This document shows positions 62,926 to 64,000 of a stretch of DNA of 64,000 nucleotides, in pieces. A program made the translations under genes and the position numbers. Below the pieces are notes generated by a model. It was not told where the DNA came from. It searched no databases and saw only the letters and a program-made list of their open reading frames with translations. The number at the start of each line of letters is the position of its first letter. Position 1 is the stretch's first letter. The stretch covers positions 20,687,762 through 20,751,761 of the forward strand of contig CM049887.1 in assembly GCA_027474245.1 (NCBI GenBank), read 5' to 3'. The DNA comes from Spheniscus humboldti. Taxonomy: Eukaryota.

Positions 62926-64000
62926 GGACTTCCATGATAGATGAGGGCAGATACTGCAGTTGGTGTTAGAGTACTGCATGCATCATTACAAATTCTAGCA
63001 CTGAGATTGCTATGTATCCTGTCCCTGTTACCCATTTTTAAATAGAAAGTTAATTTCCTCTAAAACCAATGATCTGTATGACTAAAAGACCTGTCGGATA
63101 CCCTAAGCTGTTGTTTTCTTGTTAGGAATTTATCAGGATAAGTCTGGATGAAGGACGGGGGTGTCAAATGGCTGTGGACATATATTGAAGGCCAGCCATG
63201 TGGGCTGAAGGCCAGCTGTGTGGGTCAGAAGTCCCACCATCTCTGACAGCAAGAAGACCTGTTCTGTCACTGGTGTTTGCAACAAGACTAGTGGAAAAGC
63301 ATTCTGCAAACACTGAGATAGAAAGCCCTTTCTGCTTTCCTTTTGTCAATATGAGAGTAAAGTCTAAGATATCCTGTCCATTTCAGGGAAATACAGAATC
63401 TGAGACTTGCCAGACTATCACTTCGGTCTTCATCATCCTAAAGATGTCTTTAATGCCTCACACTACTTGGTGGGCTCATGTAGGCTGTTCACAAACAAAG
63501 CTCTGCATGTGGTAGAGAAGGAAGTACAACATAACACCCTGCACTGCAGCCTACTGTTTACTTAGTTGGGATTAAATTCTTCATGCTGGCAAGCACTCTT
63601 GGGTTGCCTCATTAAGTGTGCAGTGTTATGTGATGTGTAAATTATATATTAAAAATACGTAATTTCTGCTACGGCTTTAGAGATGTAATAAGGAATGTAA
63701 GCCATTTTTAGATTTTTAAAGAATAGGCACAAAGGTAGAAAGGATGGGGGATAACTCTTTGAAATAGGTAACTCCTAAAGATGTCTTGGTAGAACATCGT
63801 AGTATCAGTATTCACAACTGGACTGTCTATGCCTAAGTGTGGTAGATCTAGTAGTAACCAATCTACAGGCAATAAAAAAAGACTGTTAACATGAACAACA
63901 AAAATGCGAATGCAGTTTTTCTTTCAAAGACATGCACAAGAGCTGACTAAGATACCCAGCTGAGCTATGTGCAGTGCTCAGTTGGGAATGAGCTGGAATT

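Larger units (their letters stand above)
17150..64000 (+). other. RNF17: RNF17 (TDRD4) gene locus, partial: 5' end and at least 24 coding exons; the gene continues beyond the window
   Basis: A chain of GT-AG exons whose conceptual translation aligns colinearly with human/mouse RNF17 as recalled. Examples are [92 protein letters not shown] and KYVDFGN. The downstream colinearity extends through four Tudor domains. Confidence 0.85.

Noticed and set aside
1-64000. Search for a prokaryotic-style novel system such as a defence island, operon, CRISPR array or toxin-antitoxin pair
   Set aside because: The window is vertebrate nuclear DNA. It has AT-rich introns, GT-AG splice sites, a CpG island and CR1 LINEs. 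There are no long contiguous ORFs apart from the retrotransposon RT, and no direct-repeat/spacer architecture.

Overview
This window is vertebrate, almost certainly avian, nuclear DNA; it is not prokaryotic. It is AT-rich, has spliceosomal introns with GT-AG boundaries, a CpG-island promoter, and several CR1 (chicken-repeat-1) LINE copies carrying the diagnostic 8-bp 3'-end repeat. There is no CRISPR array, operon or prokaryotic defence system here; the long-ORF logic of the supplied six-frame ORF track is largely uninformative for this kind of sequence.

The first ~17 kb is intergenic. Its only recognisable content is a minus-strand CR1 fragment and an inverted pair of ~600-bp LTR-like repeats at 4262-4872 and 6062-6658.

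A CpG island at ~16985-17420 carries two inverted CCAAT boxes and a (CCGTC)n repeat. It is followed on the + strand by the 5' part of RNF17 (TDRD4), the RING/multi-Tudor germline piRNA-pathway gene. I traced 24 phase-consistent coding exons from ~24.2 kb to 58.0 kb by GT-AG boundaries and by similarity to the human and mouse RNF17 protein as I recall it. They cover the coiled-coil/linker region and four Tudor domains, and the gene continues past the 3' end of the window. The N-terminal exons, which in mammals encode the RING finger, could not be resolved; only weak candidates are given.

The RNF17 introns contain two ~95% similar CR1 copies in opposite orientation: a 5'-truncated minus-strand copy at 41476-42935 and a younger plus-strand copy at ~60420-62925. 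The younger copy has an intact 482-aa reverse-transcriptase reading frame, and its only defect is a single in-frame stop. Smaller CR1 fragments lie at 29285-29865 and 31250-31378. A third LTR-like copy with G-rich homopolymers sits at ~46200-47130.

Several homopolymer and microsatellite tracts are present, including a C12 run that forms the polypyrimidine tract of a Tudor-4 exon acceptor. All coordinates were counted by hand and may be off by 1-2 nt.
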